Source of the DNA: Mobula hypostoma
Taxonomy: Eukaryota
Length of the DNA: 64,000 nt
Direction: 5' to 3'
Assembly (NCBI RefSeq): GCF_963921235.1
Contig: NC_086110.1
Coordinates: 930,001-994,000 of the forward strand
In this document: piece by piece, positions 1-13,197 of the stretch
Layout: each line of letters opens with the position of its first letter
Position numbering within the stretch: the first letter of the stretch is position 1
Translations under genes and position numbers: made by a program
The notes under the pieces: model-generated
Databases searched by the model: none
The model's input: only the letters and a program-made list of their open reading frames with translations
What the model was told of the DNA's origin: nothing

Positions 1-1517
1 TGTGGGGAGCGAGGGAGGAAATTGATGAGCCTCTGGCGATTATCTTTGCATCATCAATGGGGACGGGAGAGGTTCCGGGGGATTGGAGGGTTGCGAATGT
101 TGTCCTTTATTCAAGAAAAGGAGGAGAGATTGCCCAGGATATTATAGACCGGTCAGTCTTAACTCAGTGGTTGGTAAGTTGATGGAGAAGGTCCTCAGAG
201 GCAGCATTTATGAAGATTTGGAAAGGTATATTATGATTAGCAATAGTCAGCATGGCTTTGTCAAGGGAAGGTCGCGCCTTACGAGCCAGATTGAATTTTT
301 TGAGGATGTGACTAAACACATTGATGAAGGTAGAGCCGTAGATGTAGTGTATATGGATTTTAGCAAGGCATTTGATAAGGTACCCCATGCAAGGCTTATT
401 GAGAAATTAAGGAGGCATGGGATATAAGGGAACATTGCTTTGTGGATCCAGGACTGGCTTGCTCACAGACAGAAAAGAATGGTTGTAGACGGGTCATATT
501 CTGCCATGGAGGTCGGTCACCAGTGGAGTGCCTTAGGGATCAGTTCTGGGACCCTTACTCTTCGTGAGTTTTATAAATGACCTGGATGAGGAAGTTGAGG
601 GATGGGTTAGCATGTTTGCTAATGACACAAAGGTTGGAGGTGTTGTGGATAGTGTGGAGGGCTGTCAGATGTTACAGCGGGACATTGATAGAATGAAAAA
701 CTGGGCTGAGAAGTGGCAGATGGAGTTCAACCCAGATAAGTGTGAAGTGGTTCAGTTTGGTCGGTCAAATATGATGACCGAATATAGTATTAATGGGAAG
801 ACTCTTGACAGTGTGGACGATCAGAGGGATCTTTGGGTCCGAGTCCATAGGGCACTAAAGCAGCTGCGCAGTTTGACTCTGTGGTTAAAAAGGCGTATGG
901 TGGAATTCCATCAATCAATGAATTGAATCTAGGAGCCGAGAGGTAATGTTGCATCTATATAGGACACTGGTCAGACCCCACTTGGAGTACTGTGCTCAGT
1001 TCTGCTCGCCTCACTACAGGAAGGATGTGGAAACCATAGAAAGGGTGCAGAGCAGATTTACGAAGTTGTTGCCTGGATTGGTGAGCATGCCTTATGAGAA
1101 TAGGTTAAGTGAACTCGGCCTTTTCTCATTGGAGCGACGGAGGGTCAGAGGTGACCTGATAGAGGTTTATAAGATGATGACAGGCATTGATCGTGTGGAT
1201 AGTCAGAGGCTTTTTTCCCAGGGCTGAAATGGTTGCCACAAGAGGACACAGGTTTAAGGTACTGGGGGGTAGGTACAGATGAGATGTCAGGGGTCAGTTT
1301 TTTACTCAAAGAGTCGTGTGTGCTTTGAAAGTTCTGTCGGCAACGGTGGTGGAGGCGGATACGATAGGGTTTTTAAAGAGACTTTTGGATAGGTACATGG
1401 TACTTAGAAAAATAGAAAGCTATGGGTAATCCTAGTAGTTTCTAAAGTAGGGACGTGTTCGGCACAACTTTGTGGGCCGAAGTGCCTGTATTGTGTTGTA
1501 GGTTTTCTATGTTTCTA
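1..1517 (+). mobile_element. CR1 LINE, 3' part of ORF2 (RT) plus 3' UTR, decayed
   Basis: ORF pieces PGYYRPVSL...SQHGFVKGRS...YMDFSKAFDKVPH, FANDTKVGG and LVRPHLEYC are in successive frames; ends in a TTCTATGTTTCT tail. Confidence 0.93.
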
Positions 1518-2699
1518 AGTCAAGCTAACTGATCGGGAGTTGAATTTCACAAGGAAGTGTTGGGGTCAAGGTCTTGAAGCTTAATGATGACTTTTCAGTG
1601 TATGATTGCATTGAATGATGATATTGGATGTGGCCTGTATTTCGTTGACTTTTCACTGAGTCATTGGCAATAAAAGAGCAGTAAAATCAGTTTATTTCAA
1701 TATTCCATGCGATATAATTGTAATTATCATTGCATCTGGATTTCACCTTTTGTTGCAAGCAGAGACATTTCTCTATGGTGTTTCCAAAAGAGCGTTTTCA
1801 TTCAAAAATCCTAAATAATTGTTCAATATATGTTCTGCCAATACAATTCTATTTCCTCGTTGCATGCAACAACTCAATTCTCGTAAATATCCAGAAGCCT
1901 TGTGGAATTTGGTCAATCTATATTCATTTGCCTGATTGATCATTCAACTGACAGAAGTATTAAAGGCGCTCCGTTTATGATATAGCAACGACGTGATGCC
2001 CGTTCAAAGCAGTTTTCCGGTTCTCACTTCAAGGAAAGACGGATAAAGGATAGCTGAGGGCGAATTTCATACTGTGGGGCGAGCGCCGCTGTGTGGTGTT
2101 GCAAAGCACGAAAAATGAATATAATTTTATTAATCTTTGAATTCAGCTCGGTGTCAAGCCCAGTGAGTTTCTCGGAGTATTGGGATAAAATAGTCTGAAA
2201 CACAACTGAAGAAATGATCCAATCTGAACTGCTTTGCAGCTTCCTTTCAATATACTCTATCCCTCAGGGCAACGGAGATGGATCATCCACCACTGGGGCA
2301 GCGCTGACGGCACATCTTTGGAAATGCAAGTGCTGGCAGATGTCAGAAGGCGCAGGTCTAGTTTGATCCATGGTTAGGCCGCAAGACGTATTCCTTCTGT
2401 AACAAGCACCGGTTCGACCTTAAATACCGAATTGTCAGTGATTGAAATGGCGGACAAATTTCGATGCCAATTTTTTGATTACTTAAAGAGCGCCTGAACC
2501 TAGGTTCGGTACTCAATCGCCAACTTAACTTTGCTTTAGCCTACGAATGCCTTTAGAATTTCTGTATCGTTTGGAATCTCGTCAGGTCTCGTCTGCCATC
2601 TGCCGTCTAGTCCTGCAATATTTTCTCGACTCAGTCTTGAAATTGTGTCTCAATTCCATTCTAGGCACTTCGGACCTTTCATTAGTGTCTAAACCTCTT

Positions 2700-3850
2700 G
2701 TTTCGGTACAATTGAGCCAACATTGACCCAGCCAGGAGTGTCAGAGTCTCTCGTCAGTGTGGCAACCCACTGAGCGTAAATCTCAAAACAGGGCCTGGAG
2801 GCTCACATCTCCAGGTCATCACGCACTAATTCTCGCACGGAAGAAGCCAGCATCACTCAAGTGAAGCCGTAGGTCACACTGCCATCCCGGAGAGGTTAGG
2901 CGGTGGTTCGAGTTCTTGCCGTGGCTTCCTCATACAGTTCTCGGTGATTTTGGAACTCCATTCTTTCCGACCTCATTCCAATCGCGAAAAATAATCTTCA
3001 TTATTCCTTTTCTGAGAAGAAGGTCTCTGGCATGGGCCGCCACCAAAGTCGGATAATTGTTCTGATTTTAAAGAATTCATGAGCATCATGAAGAAGTGTT
3101 CTCTCCTTCCGACGAAGCTAACATCACCTCGGACCGACTGATGAAGCTGCGTCAAGGTAATCGGTCAGCCAAAGCAATTGCGGACGGGGGCTAGAACGAG
3201 GAGGCCTTGTCACTCTGCATCGTCACGGACTTCGAGGCGAAATACAGGATCTCCTTGCCTTGGAAGGTCCGGTAGAGGACTCAGAGGCTCTGATTCGTAA
3301 GCCTGTCCTCTACAATAATCACCTGGCAGAGCGAAAGTGGACCTATCTCAAAAGATCGAAGAAGGCGATCCTTAGCCTACTTCATCTCTTCCTTGTTGCA
3401 ATTCCCGCCATCGGACAATGACAAGCCTGTCTCTCGTACGAAATCTTTTTGGAACCAATGCAAATTGGCTACAAAAACTCTCACCAATGAGTGGTCCCGG
3501 CGTCGAGTCACCGAGGATCGAATATCCGAAGAAGTTGCTGTCTGCAAACTAGCAAAACCATCCACTGTCCGAAGGACGATGACGTTAACATCCGTTACTC
3601 CCAACTGTACATACTACGGAGTCATGCTGAAGAAGGAGGTCTCCGGGAGAAATACTAATTGATTTGTAGACTCCGGGGGCGCGTAATTTCCTAGACATGG
3701 GGACAACCGTAGACTCAACATATCTCTGCAGGTCATAGTCGCAACTGTCCAAGTGGTACAGCAGATATCGCTTTTGTGAATGAGGGTAGGGGAACGTGCG
3801 GAGGACATTTGTTTTCATGTCATAGATTCTCCATAAATACCCTCTGACGC
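2700..3850 (+). mobile_element. Decayed Ty3/Gypsy (sushi-like) element, gag and protease segment
   Basis: Gag-like LMKLRQGNRSA...NEEAL...GLRGEIQDLL at about 3140-3260; aspartyl-protease-like VDSG at about 3665; many stops and frameshifts. Confidence 0.6.
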
Positions 3851-4731
3851 TCGGGCACCCAGGGCTGCTCTAGCGTAACCGTCCATGAATTAACAGGAAG
3901 GGAGAATAACCTCGTGGTTAGGTATTTACGACAAGGGATGCTTTCGCTTTGGTGTTATTATCCCCAAACTTTCTGGAGACACAGAAACCCAGTCATGTCT
4001 CCACGGGCGGACAAGCCGGCTCCAGTCAATGGACAGTACGAGTCCCGATCTTGTCTATTCAGATATCGAGGAAAGTTAAAGTTCAAAGTCGAGGAAAGAG
4101 GACAGGGTCGAGACAACAGAGACTTATGGAGAAGAGGAGTTTGGTGGGCAATAAAATGGACGGGTTCACGGCGCTAGCCAGGCATCAGAGAACATTTCGG
4201 GTGTGCAGTGTTATGTGTTTCACAGGAAGGGGCTGCTCGACGACATACCCCACCAAAACATCTCCATGGACGGCTTCCAGACCGTTCTGGCTGACCGGCC
4301 GTGCACTGAGAGCGGTAAGCGTGCAGGAGTTGGGTGCTTACTGTTCTGGTTAACAACAGATGCTGCAGTCCGGGTCATATTACGATCGAGGAACGTGTTT
4401 GTAGACTGGATATTGAACTTTTTGCTGTTGGATTTCGGCTGTATTCCACCGAGGTACAACAATGGGCGATACACGAGGTCGTTCCTGCCTGTGGCCATCG
4501 AACTTGCAGCTCCTCCCCTGGAGAGTCAGACGCCCTGAGCCAATAGGCTGGTGCTGGACTTATTTTCCATCTGTCATAGTTTGCATTTTGTTGTTTGATT
4601 GTTTGTGTTTTTTTTTAATTGATATATGTATGCTCTATTCTTGGTTGGTGCGGCTGTAAAGTAACCCAATTTCCCTCGGGATCAATAAAGTATATCTATC
4701 CATCTATCTATCTATCTATCTATCTATCTAT
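3850..4731 (+). mobile_element. Internally deleted Rex1/Babar-like LINE inserted in the Gypsy remnant
   Basis: Endonuclease-like CSVMCF...NISMDGFQTV.ADR...ESGKR is joined to the 3' end (RYTRSFLPVAIEL); (TATC)n tail at 4691-4731. 5' boundary approximate. Confidence 0.7.
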
Positions 4732-4739
4732 ATGCGTTG

Positions 4740-5990
4740 GAACTGTAAAGAAAGGGTCGCAAGATCAGGAACAAGGCAAGAAGCTTGTCAAGGTGGTGCC
4801 CAAGAACTTTGGAGCTCTCGCAGCCAAGCCTCAGGGGACAAATCGCTAGGTCCTGTCTAAGGCAGAGGCTCCTGAACGTAAATCCTCGGGTCCAAATCTT
4901 TGGAAATGAAAGGACATTCGTATTGCCTCGTTCCCGTCGTCCGAGGATACGGATGAAGATTTGGACTCTGATTTGGTTAAGCCATGGACTCGGATACGCT
5001 CTCTAATTTGAGCTCTGTTTCTACAAAGGACTCTGGTGAATCTATGGTCGAGACTCCGAGGTCTGCCAAATTTCCCCCGGTAGCAAAGGAGCCTGAGGAG
5101 TCCTCCTCGGAGGGATGTTCGGTGGTAGTTGCAACACCCGAAACTTTGGAAATTACCTCCGTCTACAAAGATTTCACGAGGACGTCAGCAATTCAAATGC
5201 CACGACTCTTCCACCATACCGACCTTGCGATTGTGCAGTAGACCTACTGTCGGATGCTTGTGCTCATCAGGATCGAGGGCACCCGCTCTATAGCCCGGAG
5301 TGGAGCGTTACATAGAGGAGGCATTTGCTCTGGGATTCATTCGGCCTTCCCCCTCCACAGACGTTGCAGGTACATTCCTCGTACAAAACAAAAGACGAAT
5401 GTCTTGCATGGATTCTAAAGACTGGTTGTTTTAGCAAAAATCGTTACCACTTTCCACTCATGAATACTATCTTCGAGATACACCAAGGGGCAAGAGTATT
5501 CTCGAAGTTAGAACTCCGGATTGTGCACTATTTGGTCCACATAACATGCTTATGAATGGAAGACTGCATTGGCTACAACGTCAGGGCTCAGTGAGTACCT
5601 CGTCAGGCGCTTCGAAATTTTTCTGACGCTCCAACAGCTTTCCAGGCCTTAATAAAGGACGTGTTCCAGGAAGTTTTCCATAAGTATGCCTTCGTCTATT
5701 TACGTAGTATCCTATTTTTCTCGTAACCCACAGAGCAGCATGTTACATCAAAGAGGATTCTAGATCATGAACTTCATGTCAAGCTTGAAAGATTAGAATT
5801 TCGTGTCACCACGGTTTCATTTTTGGTTTTATCACCTGCAATAGCAATTTCAAGATACCACTACTAACAGACGGTCAGAAATTGGTCACACGGGCCCTTC
5901 TGTTTGGGCAACCGAAGCAAAGGCTGTTTTTGCAGAACTCAAACAGCGGTTCACGATAGGTCTAAATTTGGTATTACCTAACCGGAACAT
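4740..5990 (+). mobile_element. Decayed Gypsy pol, linker and RT segment
   Basis: ATTLPPYRPCDCAVDLL; KNRYHFPLMNTIFEIHQGARVFSKLELR matches the Gypsy RT motif NRYPLP...FSKLDLR. Confidence 0.7.
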
Positions 5991-7570
5991 ACTCAAACAA
6001 TAAGATATTAAGAAACAGGATATGCTGGAGCTTTGGGAAAACATCAAGTTGGATAAGTCACTGGGACCGGACAAGATGTGCCCAAGGCTACTCTGGGAGG
6101 CGATGGAGGAGATCGCTGAGCCTCTGGCGATGATCTTTGCATCATCAGTGCGAATGGGAGAGGTTCCGGAGGAAGGAGGGTTGCGGATGCTGTTCCCTTA
6201 TTCACGAAAGCGAGTAGAGATAGCCTGGGGAATTATAACCAGTGAGTCATACCTCAGTGGAAAGTTGATGGAGAAGATCCTGAGAGGCTGGATTTATGAA
6301 CATTTGGAGAGGCATAATACGATTATGAATAGTCTCCTTGCGAGCCTTATTGATTTTTTTCAGGATGTGACTGAACACATTGATGAAGGTAGAGCATAGA
6401 TGTAGTGTATATACTTTTCAGCAAGGCATTTGACAAGATACCCCATGCAAAGGTAATTGGCAAAGTAAGGAGGTGTGAGATCCAAGGAGACATTGTTTTG
6501 TTGATCCAGAACTGGCTTGCCAACAGAAAGCAAAGAGTGGTTGTCGACTAGTCGTATTCTGTATGGAAGTCAGTGACCAGTAGTGTGCCTCAGGTATCTG
6601 TTCTGGACCCCTGCACTTCGTGATTTATATAAATTACCTGGATGGAGAAGTGGAGGGATGCATTAGTCAATTTGCTGATGGCACAAAGGTTGGAGGTGTT
6701 ATGGATAGTATGGAGGGCTGTCAGCAGTTACAGTGGGACATTGATATGATGCAAAACTGGGCTGAAAAGTGGCAGATGGAATTCAACCCAGATAAGTGTG
6801 ACGTGGTTAATTTTGGTAGGTCAAATATGATGGCAGTATATAGTATTAATTGGTAAGACTCTTGACATTGTGGAGGAGCAGAGGGATCTTGAGGTCCATA
6901 TCCATAGGACACTCGAAGCTGCTACTCAGATTGACTCTGTGGTTAAGAAAGCGTGGGATTGAGTTTAGCACCCGAGAGGGAATATTGCAGTATATTGGAC
7001 GCTGGTCAGACCCCACTTGGAGTGCTGTGCTCAGTTCTAGTCGCCTCACTATGGGAAGGATGTGGAAACCATAGAAACTGTGCAGAGGAGATTTACAGGA
7101 TTGTTGCCTGGATTGCGGCTCATGCCTTAAGAGAATAGGTTCAGTGAACTCGGCCTTTTCTCCTTGCAGCGACGGAAGATGAGAGGTGACCTGATAGAGG
7201 TGCATAAGATAATGAGAGGCATTGATCATGTGGATTGTCAGAGGCTTTTTCCCAGGGCTGAAATGGCTAACACAGGAGAACACAGTTTTAAGGTGCTTGG
7301 AAGCAGGGACAGAGGAGATATTAGGGGTATGTTTTTGTTTTTTATTCGGAGAGTGGTGAGTGTACAGAATGGGCTGCTGGCGACAATGTGGTGGGACGGA
7401 TCCGATAATGTCTTTTCACAGACTCCTGGGCAGGTCAATGGAGCTCAGAATAATAGAGAGCTTTGGGTAATCATTGGTAATGTCTAAAGTAAGGACATGG
7501 TCGGCACAGTTTTAGGGGTCGAAGGGCCTGTATTGTGCTGTAGGTATTCTATGTTTCTATTTCTATGTAA
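5990..7570 (+). mobile_element. CR1 LINE fragment (RT to 3' UTR)
   Basis: KSLGPDKMCPRLLWE, FADGTKVGG and RGDLIEVHKI motifs; TTCTATGTTTCTATTTCTATG tail. Confidence 0.9.
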
Positions 7571-7574
7571 CAGT

Positions 7575-8690
7575 CATAGTCATAGACTTCGTCACACATT
7601 ATTGATCCCGGGGGAAATTGGTTTTCGTTACAGTTGCACCATGAAAAATAACTAGTAATAGAACCATGAATATTTAAATAGTAATATGTAAATTATACCA
7701 GTAATTTATGAAATAAGTCCAGGACCAGCCTACTGGCTCAGGATGTCTGACCCGCCAAGGGAAGAGTTGTAAAGTTTGATGGCCGCAGGCAGGAATGAAT
7801 TCCTATGGCGCTCTGTACTGCATCTCGGTGGAATGAGTTTCTGGCTGAATGTACTCCTGTGCCAACCCAGTACATTATGTAGTGGATGGGAGGCATTGAC
7901 CAAGGTGGCATGCAACTTAGACAGCATCCTCTTTTCAGACACCACTGTGAGAGAGTCCAGTTCCATCCCCACAACACCACTGGCCTTACGAATGAGGTTG
8001 TTGATTCTGTTGGTGTCTGCTACCCTCAGCCTGCTGCCCCAGCACACAACAGCAAACATGATCGCACGGGCCACCACAGACTCGTAGAACATCCTCAGCA
8101 TCGTCCGGCAGATTTTAAAGGACCTCAGTCTCCTCAGGAAATAGAGATGGATCTGACCCTTCTTGTAGACAGCCTCAATTTTCTTTGACCCGCCCAGTTT
8201 ATTGTTAATTCGTTTCCCCAAGTATTTGTAATCATCCAGCATGTCCACACAGACCCCCTATGGAAACAGGGGTCACAGGTACCTTAGCACTCCTCAGGTC
8301 TACCACCAGCTCCATGGTCTTTTTTTCACATTAAGCTGCAGATAATTCTGCTCACAATATGTGACAAAGTTTCCTACTGTAGACCTGTACTCAGCCTCAT
8401 CTCATTTCCTGAGGCATCCAACTATGGCAGAGTCGTCAGAAAACTTCTGAAGATGACAGGACTCTGTGCAGTAGTTGATGCCCGAGGTGTAAATGGTGAA
8501 GAGAAAAGGAGACAAGACAGTCCCCTGTGGAGCCCCAGTGCTGCTGATCACTCTGTTGACACACGTACTGTGGTCTGCCTGTCCGGTAATCAAGAATACA
8601 TGATACCAGGGAAGCATCCACCTGCATCGCTGTCAGCTTCTCCCCCAGCAGAGCAGGGCGGATGGTGTTGAACGCACTGGAGATGTCAAA
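7575..8690 (-). mobile_element. Rex1/Babar-like LINE, 3' RT region
   Basis: Minus-strand ORFs GAPQGTVLSPFLFTIYT...LQKFSDDSAIVG and YKYLG...LYFLRRLRSF...SHPLH...RNSFLPAAIKLYN. Confidence 0.8.
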
Positions 8691-8849
8691 AACACATGAC
8701 CCTCACAGTTCTACATAATAAGCTACAGCAATGTGTAATTATCCGGGCGTCTATCCCCGGCGTAGGTGTACTAAGATATCGGAAATAAGGAGCTACTCTG
8801 GTTGCATTGGCACAGGTGGAATCGTGTCACTGGCTTAAGGTTGCCAACA

Positions 8850-9650
8850 GCCCTTTTACTGAGTATAGACTACAGAATCCTGGCTTATATTCAGGAGACC
8901 AAAAGACCCAATTCCAGTCAGGCCAGCGGGTCTCATTTCGTTGACCGATCCAAATTGTTTGGAGATTTCGGCCAGTGTCATAGAGTTCTGAACCAAGTCC
9001 TTCACTCGTCAGTGCAGCGAACCCAAAGAAGAGGAGCAGCCTATCAACATTTTGCCCGAAACTAAGGTAATAGATCCTATTCGTTGGGAAATCGACTTTC
9101 TGTTATGCAAGGTCCAGGTGCAAGGGGTTATTTCCGAAAGCGGTCCGCTGGGTTGTCTGTTCGTTCCAAGTCCTGTCAGGTTTATGATTCCCCAATGTCC
9201 GCTCATCAGCGGGTCGTCAGTGTCCTCTAGTTCATTAAGAGGCATGGCTGGTAGCCTGGAATGTCTAGAGAAGTCCGACAGTAAATGTGAACGAAATAAG
9301 GAGCCCCACACCCAATCTCAGGGAATCCTTTCACACTCAACCTGTTCCGGACAGTTCGTGGGAACACATCTAAATGTATCTCATCACGGGTCTTCGGCCA
9401 TCCAAATCGAAGACCGTCATCGTGGTAATGGTGTTTCGTTTCATTAAGCCTGTAACTTCATTGTGTTGAACAAACTAGCGTCAGCGGCGGCGACGGATAA
9501 AATTGATGGAAGTTCTTCTTTATTAAACGAAACTGAGAGGCCGTTAAAACAAAGGGAAAAGTTCTATCGTGGACAATTCTTTATATGTTTCTGTAAGGAG
9601 TATAAGTTAGGTGCAATGAGTAAATTCGACGAAATCGTGCAATTTCTGTG
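8850..9650 (+). mobile_element. Decayed Gypsy RNase H and integrase segment (continuation of the 2.7-6.0 kb element)
   Basis: DYRILAYIQETKRPNSSQAS resembles DHKNLxYI..KRLNxRQARW; ETER resembles the integrase GQTER motif. Confidence 0.55.
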
Positions 9651-9784
9651 ACTATAATTTCAATGCAGGTCTGTGAACAAGTAGTACATACCTGGCTTTT
9701 CTATTTCTTTCAAGAAGGGGAGTTGTGCTAGTTCAAAGGATTATTCCAATGTTTGTTCGTTAGCCTCTGACAACCAAGTACAAC

Positions 9785-10230
9785 TCCTGGCCTTCACGTG
9801 TGGCTTAGCTACTGAGCCATGTGGAACCGGTTGTACAGACAGGAGAAGGTGCATAGGTTGGCACCTGACGCCTTAAAACCAGTCCCGTCGGGCAAATGGG
9901 GCTCGCTCGTCAGCCGTGATTGACAGCTCATCCAGGAGAAGGAAATCTCTGATCTCAAAAAATCTGCTGCCTTGGGGACTATTTTCAGTTATGGGGAAGC
10001 TGTCGGGCGTAAACTCCGAGGGAAATATCGGGAGTTCGTTTCCTTAAAGCAGTAATGCGTTGAGTTCAACGTTGAGTCACAACTGCTGCGACGCTGCTGG
10101 TGCCAAACTGTATCGGTCTCTGCCGTTCGTTTGAGTTGCGTAGAAACGGCTGGGAGCTTGCTACATGGGCAACAACATCATTACTCAACCAAGACCAACG
10201 GAGGCCTCACTCACTCACTTAGCTAATCGC
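9785..10230 (+). repeat. Interspersed repeat, possibly an RTE-type LINE 5' region
   Basis: Pattern recognition only; no coding motif seen. Confidence 0.3.
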
Positions 10231-10329
10231 ACATGACAGGAGTTCACATAATGTACAGGCAGCGTTATCAATAAAGGTCAGTAGCATAGCCTGCATACTC
10301 TTTGCCTCCTCGTGCTGTCTACATTCCCC

Positions 10330-13180
10330 CTCATATCGAACGTATCAGGCCCATCCTCTCTTCGATCTTTTAGCATGGCTGATCCATTTTGCTCTCAATC
10401 CCATACCTCTGTCTTTTTCCTGTAACCTTTCACGCCCTGCTTAATCAAGAATTTATCAACCCCCACTTTAAATACGCTCGGACAACTGGCCTCCTAGCCA
10501 TCTGTGGCAACGAAATTCACAGATTTACCACCAACTATCTGAGGAAATTTGTCTTTATCTCTCTTTCAAACGAATGACCCTTTATTCTGAGGTTGTGTCC
10601 GCTGATCCTAGTCAATGCCAGCTCATCCTTTCTCAGATAAAGCGCCGAAAACTGCTCACATTCTTTCAAGTGAGGCCTCACCAATGCCTTATCTCGGCTT
10701 GGCATTATATACTTGTTTTTGTATCCTTGTCCTCTTAAAACGAATGCTAATATACCAATTGTCTTTATCACGAACTACTTAAACTGCAATTTAATCTTTA
10801 GCAAATCCCGCTCGGGCAATTTCAAGTCCCTTTGTATAAGAGTTTTGAATTTTCTTCTGATCTAGAAAAATGTCTACGCTTTTGTTCCTTCTGTCGATGT
10901 GTTTGACCGTACACTTCCCGACACTGTATTACATCTGCCACTTCTTTGCCCATTCTCCTGATCTATCTAAGTCCTTCTGCACAATGTCTACTTCCGGAAC
11001 ACTACCAGTCCCTCGACCTATCCTCGTATTAACCACAAACTTGGCCAGAAATCCATGAATTTCGGCATCCAAATCATTAACATCAAATTTAAAAAGAATC
11101 AGTTCCAACAGAAACCTGCGGAACACCACTAGTCACCAGCATCCAATCGAAAACAAACAATTAGCCAATGTTCTATTCACTTTAGTACTTTTGGTGCAAT
11201 AGCATGGCTGCTTAACTTGCTAATCAACCTCATACAGGATACCTTGACGAAGGCCTTTTGAAAATCCAAGTACACAATATCCACCGATTCTTCGTAGTGC
11301 ATCCCGCTTCTTATTCCCTCAAGAATTCCAACAGATTTGGCAAGCAAGATTTTCCCTTAACGAAACCATACTGCCTTTGGACCTTTTCTTAGTTATGTTC
11401 AGCCAAGTACCCCTAAATATTCTCAAATATCCGCAATAATGCTAGTGTCCTGCGGAGTGAATATTGGTGCAAAGTACTTACTCAGTTATTCCTCATGTCC
11501 TTCTCCCCAATTACAATCTGTCCAGCGTCATTTATTCAGCTATCTGATCTCTATTCTCGCCTCTCTGTTGCTGTTTATAATGCTGGAAAAAAATGACTTT
11601 TGGCATCTTATTTGATGTTATTAGCTAGCAGACCTCAATATTTTATCTTTGTACTCCGTATGACATTTCCGTTGCCTTTTGTTGTTCTTTTTTTAAACCG
11701 CTTCCGATCCTCCAACTTCCTATTTATGCGCTCTATATACCTCCTCTTTTTAGCTGTCATGCTGGCAAAGACTTTGCTTTTCAGGGACGGTTATGTCACC
11801 ATCGCTTTAGAATATTATGTTTTCGTTAGAATATACCTGCGCCGCCCGAATTACTCCCAAAAACTCAGACATTCCTGTCTGTGGTCATCCTGCTCATATG
11901 TCCTTCCCCTCAACTTTGGCCAACTCCTCCATCATTGCTCTACAATTCACTTTACTGTGCTGTAATAGTGATTCTAACTTGTTCCTCTCAAATTGCTGGA
12001 TGAATTTTAATCATATTAAAATCGCTGCCAACAAAGGGTGCTTTTACCTTAAGTTCCCGAATCAAACCCTGTTTAATACTCAACACCTAATCCAACATCA
12101 CTAATCCGTCAGGGCACTCCACTGCAAGCTGCTCTAACACGCCATCTCAAGGGCATTTTACAAATTCTCTCTCTTGGCAGCCCAACCTGATTTTCCCAAT
12201 CTACCTGTATATTTCTAACCCCGATGACTAACGTATCATTTTCCTTTTGAGGTGCATTTTTCTATCCCCCCCCCCGTATAATTTAGACGCCACATCCTTG
12301 CTACTGTTCGAAGTCCTGTATATAGCACCCATCTGTATCCCTTTATCCTCGCAGTTCCTCAACTCTAACCGCAATAATTCTGCATCTTCCAATCTTATGT
12401 CACCTCTTTCAAAGAATTTGTTGTTTTGTTTTTTTTTAACCAACAGAATTAAGCTAAATCCTTTGCCTACTTGTCTGTCCTTTCTATACAATGTGTTCTT
12501 TGGATGCTAAGCTTCCAACTATAATCCTCTTTCAGTCATGACTCAGTGATGCCAGCAACGTCATAGACCCAATCTACAACTGTCCGACATGGTTATCTAT
12601 CTTATTGTGTATACTGTGTGTATTCAGGTATAACAGCTTCAGTTCTGGATTCGTCAGCTTTTTAAATGTCGTCCCCCTGTTGCACTGCAAATTATCCCAC
12701 TGCCTGCAACATTACCCTCACATATCCCTGTCCCTCCTGACAACCTCACTGCACCCTGCCTGGCTGTAACTGTTCTATCTCTGTTTACCATCCCCACTGC
12801 CGCATCAGATTATACCCTCTCCAACATTTCTTTCAAACCTGCCTGCGAGGTACATACAGGTCAAACCTACCCCAGAAGACATCCCAAACATCCAATAATC
12901 TTTAATCCTACCCTTGGTACCAGTTCCCCTGCCATGAATTAACCTGCCATTTCTTACTCTTACTGGAGCGTGGGACAGGCAGCTATCCAGAGATTACTAC
13001 CCTGCAGGTACTCCTTTTCAGCGCTCTACCTAACTCCCTTCAAGATTTCCTCCCTTTTCATACCTCAGACCGTAGTTACAACATGTAACAAAATCCCTGG
13101 CACCTCATCCCCACACCCACCACCATTCCCCACCTCCCCGCACTTTAGAATTGAGCAATTTTACCTGCTTTCTATCTGGC
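10330..13180 (-). mobile_element. Old CR1 LINE, heavily decayed (3' UTR to ORF1 region)
   Basis: Minus-strand pieces KALVRPHLKEC, FVVNTRIGRG...QKDLDRSGEWAKKWQM, and endonuclease-like LELRNC...GAIYR. Confidence 0.8.
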
Positions 13181-13197
13181 CAAGCATTTAACATGGT

